Below the pieces are notes generated by a model. That model saw only the letters and a program-made list of their open reading frames with translations. It was not told the DNA's origin and did not search any database. DNA of 64,000 bases, taken from the NCBI GenBank assembly GCA_963665325.3, contig CAXXWS020000004.1, forward strand, positions 128,001-192,000, read 5' to 3'. Below, in pieces: positions 61,622 to 64,000 of the stretch (the first letter of the stretch is position 1; the number at the start of each line of letters is the position of its first letter). A program made the translations under genes and the position numbers. This stretch comes from Alphaproteobacteria bacterium. Its GTDB lineage: Bacteria; Pseudomonadota; Alphaproteobacteria; Bin95.

Positions 61622-62138
61622 AGAGCGTGATGATTTCATACGGAAGCGTATCCAGCGTTCTGGATGTAGTTGGCACATTCTTGGGGTGAGAAGCGGTCGA
61701 GGAGGGTGCCGATACGCTGCCATGTGGTTTCGGTGGTTCGTTCGGCGACGTCTCGCAACAGATGTTTGAGTTTGGCGAAGACCTGCTCGATCAGGTTCAG
61801 GTCGGGACTGTATGGCGGCAGGAACAGCAAGTGGTTCACCGGCATTTCGGATGGCCTTTCTGACGGTTGCGTTTTTTGTGGCTGGCAAGATTGTCCATAA
61901 CGACCACATCGCTTGGGGCCAGCGTTGGGACGAGGAAGTGTTCGACATAGGTTTGGAAGGCCTTGGCGTTGACCGGTCCGTCGAGGACGCAAGGCGCGTC
62001 GATCCGGTCGACGCGCAGTGCGGCGATGAAGGTCATGGTGCGCCAGCGGCCGTGCGGCGCGCCCCCGATCAGGCGTTTGCCCTTCGGCGCCCAGCCGCGC
62101 AGCGGAGCCATGTTGGTTTTGGCCCAGGTCTCGTCGAT
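61622..62138 (-). pseudogene. IS630 3' remnant (degenerate copy of 12581-13630)
   Basis: Near-identical to about 13115-13629 including the right IR; carries small frameshifting insertions; flanking TA is now CA. Confidence 0.9.
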
Positions 62139-62706
62139 TGAGGTATTTCGCCTGCCGGTGCCTGGTCTCCTCCGAGCATTTGCCCTCCGCCTTCAATTCC
62201 GCGATGGCGGCGGCATAGGTCGGCGCCCGGTCGGTGTTCAGCACCTCGGGCATTTCCCATTCCTTCCATCCTCTCAGGGCCTTGCCGAGGAGCCGCTTCG
62301 CCGCCTTGGTGCTGCGCGTCGCCGACAGATAGAAATCGATCGTGTTCCCGAACTTGTCCACCGCTCGGTGCAGATAGGCCCACCTGCCGCGGACCTTGAC
62401 GTAGGTCTCATCGATCCGCCAGCTTGATGAGCGCGGGTCCCGCCATTGCCAGCGAAGACGCCGCTCCATCTCCGGCGCGTATCGCTGCACCCAGCGATAG
62501 ATCGTCGTGTGGTCGACCGCCACCCCGCGCTCGGTCATCATCGTTTCCAGATCGCGATAGCTGACGGGATAGCGACAGTACCAGCGCACGGCCCAGAACA
62601 CGATCTCACCCTCGAAGTGACGCCCCTTGAAATCGTTCATGCCGCTGCCCGTCGCCCTAGACAGGGCAGACTGTTCGTCAGTCCAAACCAACTTTGCAAC
62701 AGAGCC
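62137..62706 (-). pseudogene. IS6-family (IS6100-like) 5' remnant with terminal IR
   Basis: IR GGCTCTGTTGCAAA (62706-62693); MNDFKGRHF.GEI..WAVRWY.RY..SYRDL, WRIDETY, TDRAP.Y; truncated at KYLN. Confidence 0.9.
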
Positions 62707-62992
62707 CGCCGCGCTTCATTGAACCGCGCACCGGACATGCCTTGGGCGCGACTCGCAGGAGCTTGCTCACTCCGCCAAAGCCGGTGTATTTCGTTGATCG
62801 GGCTCCTCAGGGGGACAACAGCAGGGGTGCAGAAGGCGAGGACGTGGCGCAGCAGAGTGGGAACCGTTCTGAAGCGATGACGGCGCCGCATGGCGGAAAC
62901 GCCTCTCCCGCGGCTTCCACGCACCCCGACCGGCGCAGCGGGATGCACGGGGTTGCCGGGATAGTCGACGGGCGGACCGGATGGGTGCTGTC

Positions 62993-64000
62993 TTGAACAG
63001 GCAGGACCTGTTCGAGCGCATTCTGCTGTCTCTCAGCGATGTTGCGCTCGGCGATGTCCCGTGGCTGGCGTCCGCCGGACTGATCGAGGAGTTTGTCGAG
63101 GCGAGCGGCAGTTTCCTGATCTTCGGCGACGGGGCCGCGCTGGACGATGTCTGCATCTTCTTTGCGCAGTTCTGCATGGGCGGGGAACGCAGGGACGACC
63201 TGGAGCGCATGTATTTCGAGACCTACCACGCCGTGGACGAACGTCTGTCGCGCGTTCGGCTGCTTGCCGACAGCGAGCTGGTCACGACTCGCTCGCTGTT
63301 CACCGAGGATGAACTGAAGACCTCGGCAGTTTACAACGAGGCCATGCCGCTCGCCCGTACCCGGGACGGCCTCCATGTGCGCCTTGACGGGCCGAAAGGC
63401 TCTCGCATCGTGTGGGCGGTGGGCGATCCGGTCGAGGGGGACGGCTGGTCGGGCGGGCAGGTGGAGTCGATCCGGTTGCTGCTGCCGTATGTCCGCCACT
63501 TCGTGCGGGTCCAGCAGACGCTGGCCGATGCCGGGGCGCTCGAGTCGTCGCTCACCGGGCTGCTCGACAATGTCCGCGTTGGGGTCCTGCAGCTCGACCG
63601 GCGCGGCCGGGTGATGGCGGTGAACGATCGCGCCCGGGACATCCTGCGCCGGGCTGATGGGCTGACCGACCGGGACGGCCTGCTGCAGGCGGCGCTGCCG
63701 GCAGAGGATACGAGGCTGCAATGTCTGCTGGCGGGGGGCCCTGCCCATCCCCGGCCGCGTCCGGGCGGGCGGTTCGATGATGGTGAGCCGTCCACATGCC
63801 CCGCAGCAGCTGATCGTGCATGTGAACCCGGTGAACGAAGCCCGGCCGAACTCGTATCGAGCCAGCGTCGGCGCGCTGGTGCTGGTCATCGAACCGGCGA
63901 GCCGCAACGGTATCGACGAGGCCCGGGTGGGCGCCATGCTCGAACTCACGCCGGTGGAGAGCGAGATTGCTGCAATGCTGGCGCGAGGGCGGACGATTCG
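62993..64000 (+). pseudogene. LuxR-family PAS-HTH regulator, frameshifted at G6 (63733-63738), 3'-partial at the window end
   Basis: TTG start NRQDLFERIL; PAS-like GVLQLDRRGRV..VN..A; the +1 frame continues ALP...GGSM.V.R...LTPVESEIAAMLARGRT (HTH start). Confidence 0.75.

Noticed and set aside
62807-63949. 380-aa minus-strand ORF
   Set aside because: Antisense to the LuxR-PAS gene on the plus strand.

Overview
High-GC window, most likely from an alphaproteobacterium. The FN3/cadherin/Calx-beta/LRR giant protein and the LuxR-PAS paralogues resemble those of sponge-associated bacteria, which is an inference. Intact nutrient-scavenging modules alternate with heavily IS-scarred segments. The modules are two peptide/nickel-type ABC systems, a smoEFGK-mtlK polyol cluster with a ROK regulator and a PfkB kinase, a Pot-like ABC system, a hydantoinase A/B + isochorismatase + amidase cluster, a molybdopterin oxidoreductase and a DddW-like cupin. 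The IS-derived pieces are IS630 nested in ISAs1, IS21, IS481, an IS6/IS630 chimera and several gene remnants. The centrepiece is a modular autotransporter-type surface protein gene of about 3,543 aa (26616-41635, minus strand). It is split cleanly by a 4,384-bp TG...CA element with a 4-bp target duplication. The element encodes a Zn-finger/HTH protein, a Mu/rve-type DDE transposase, an ExeA-like AAA+ ATPase and an AAA_25/RepA-like helicase, followed by iteron-like inverted repeats and ssDNA-type hairpins. This may be a poorly described transposon with its own replication module. All family assignments come from motif recognition by eye; no database searches were run.
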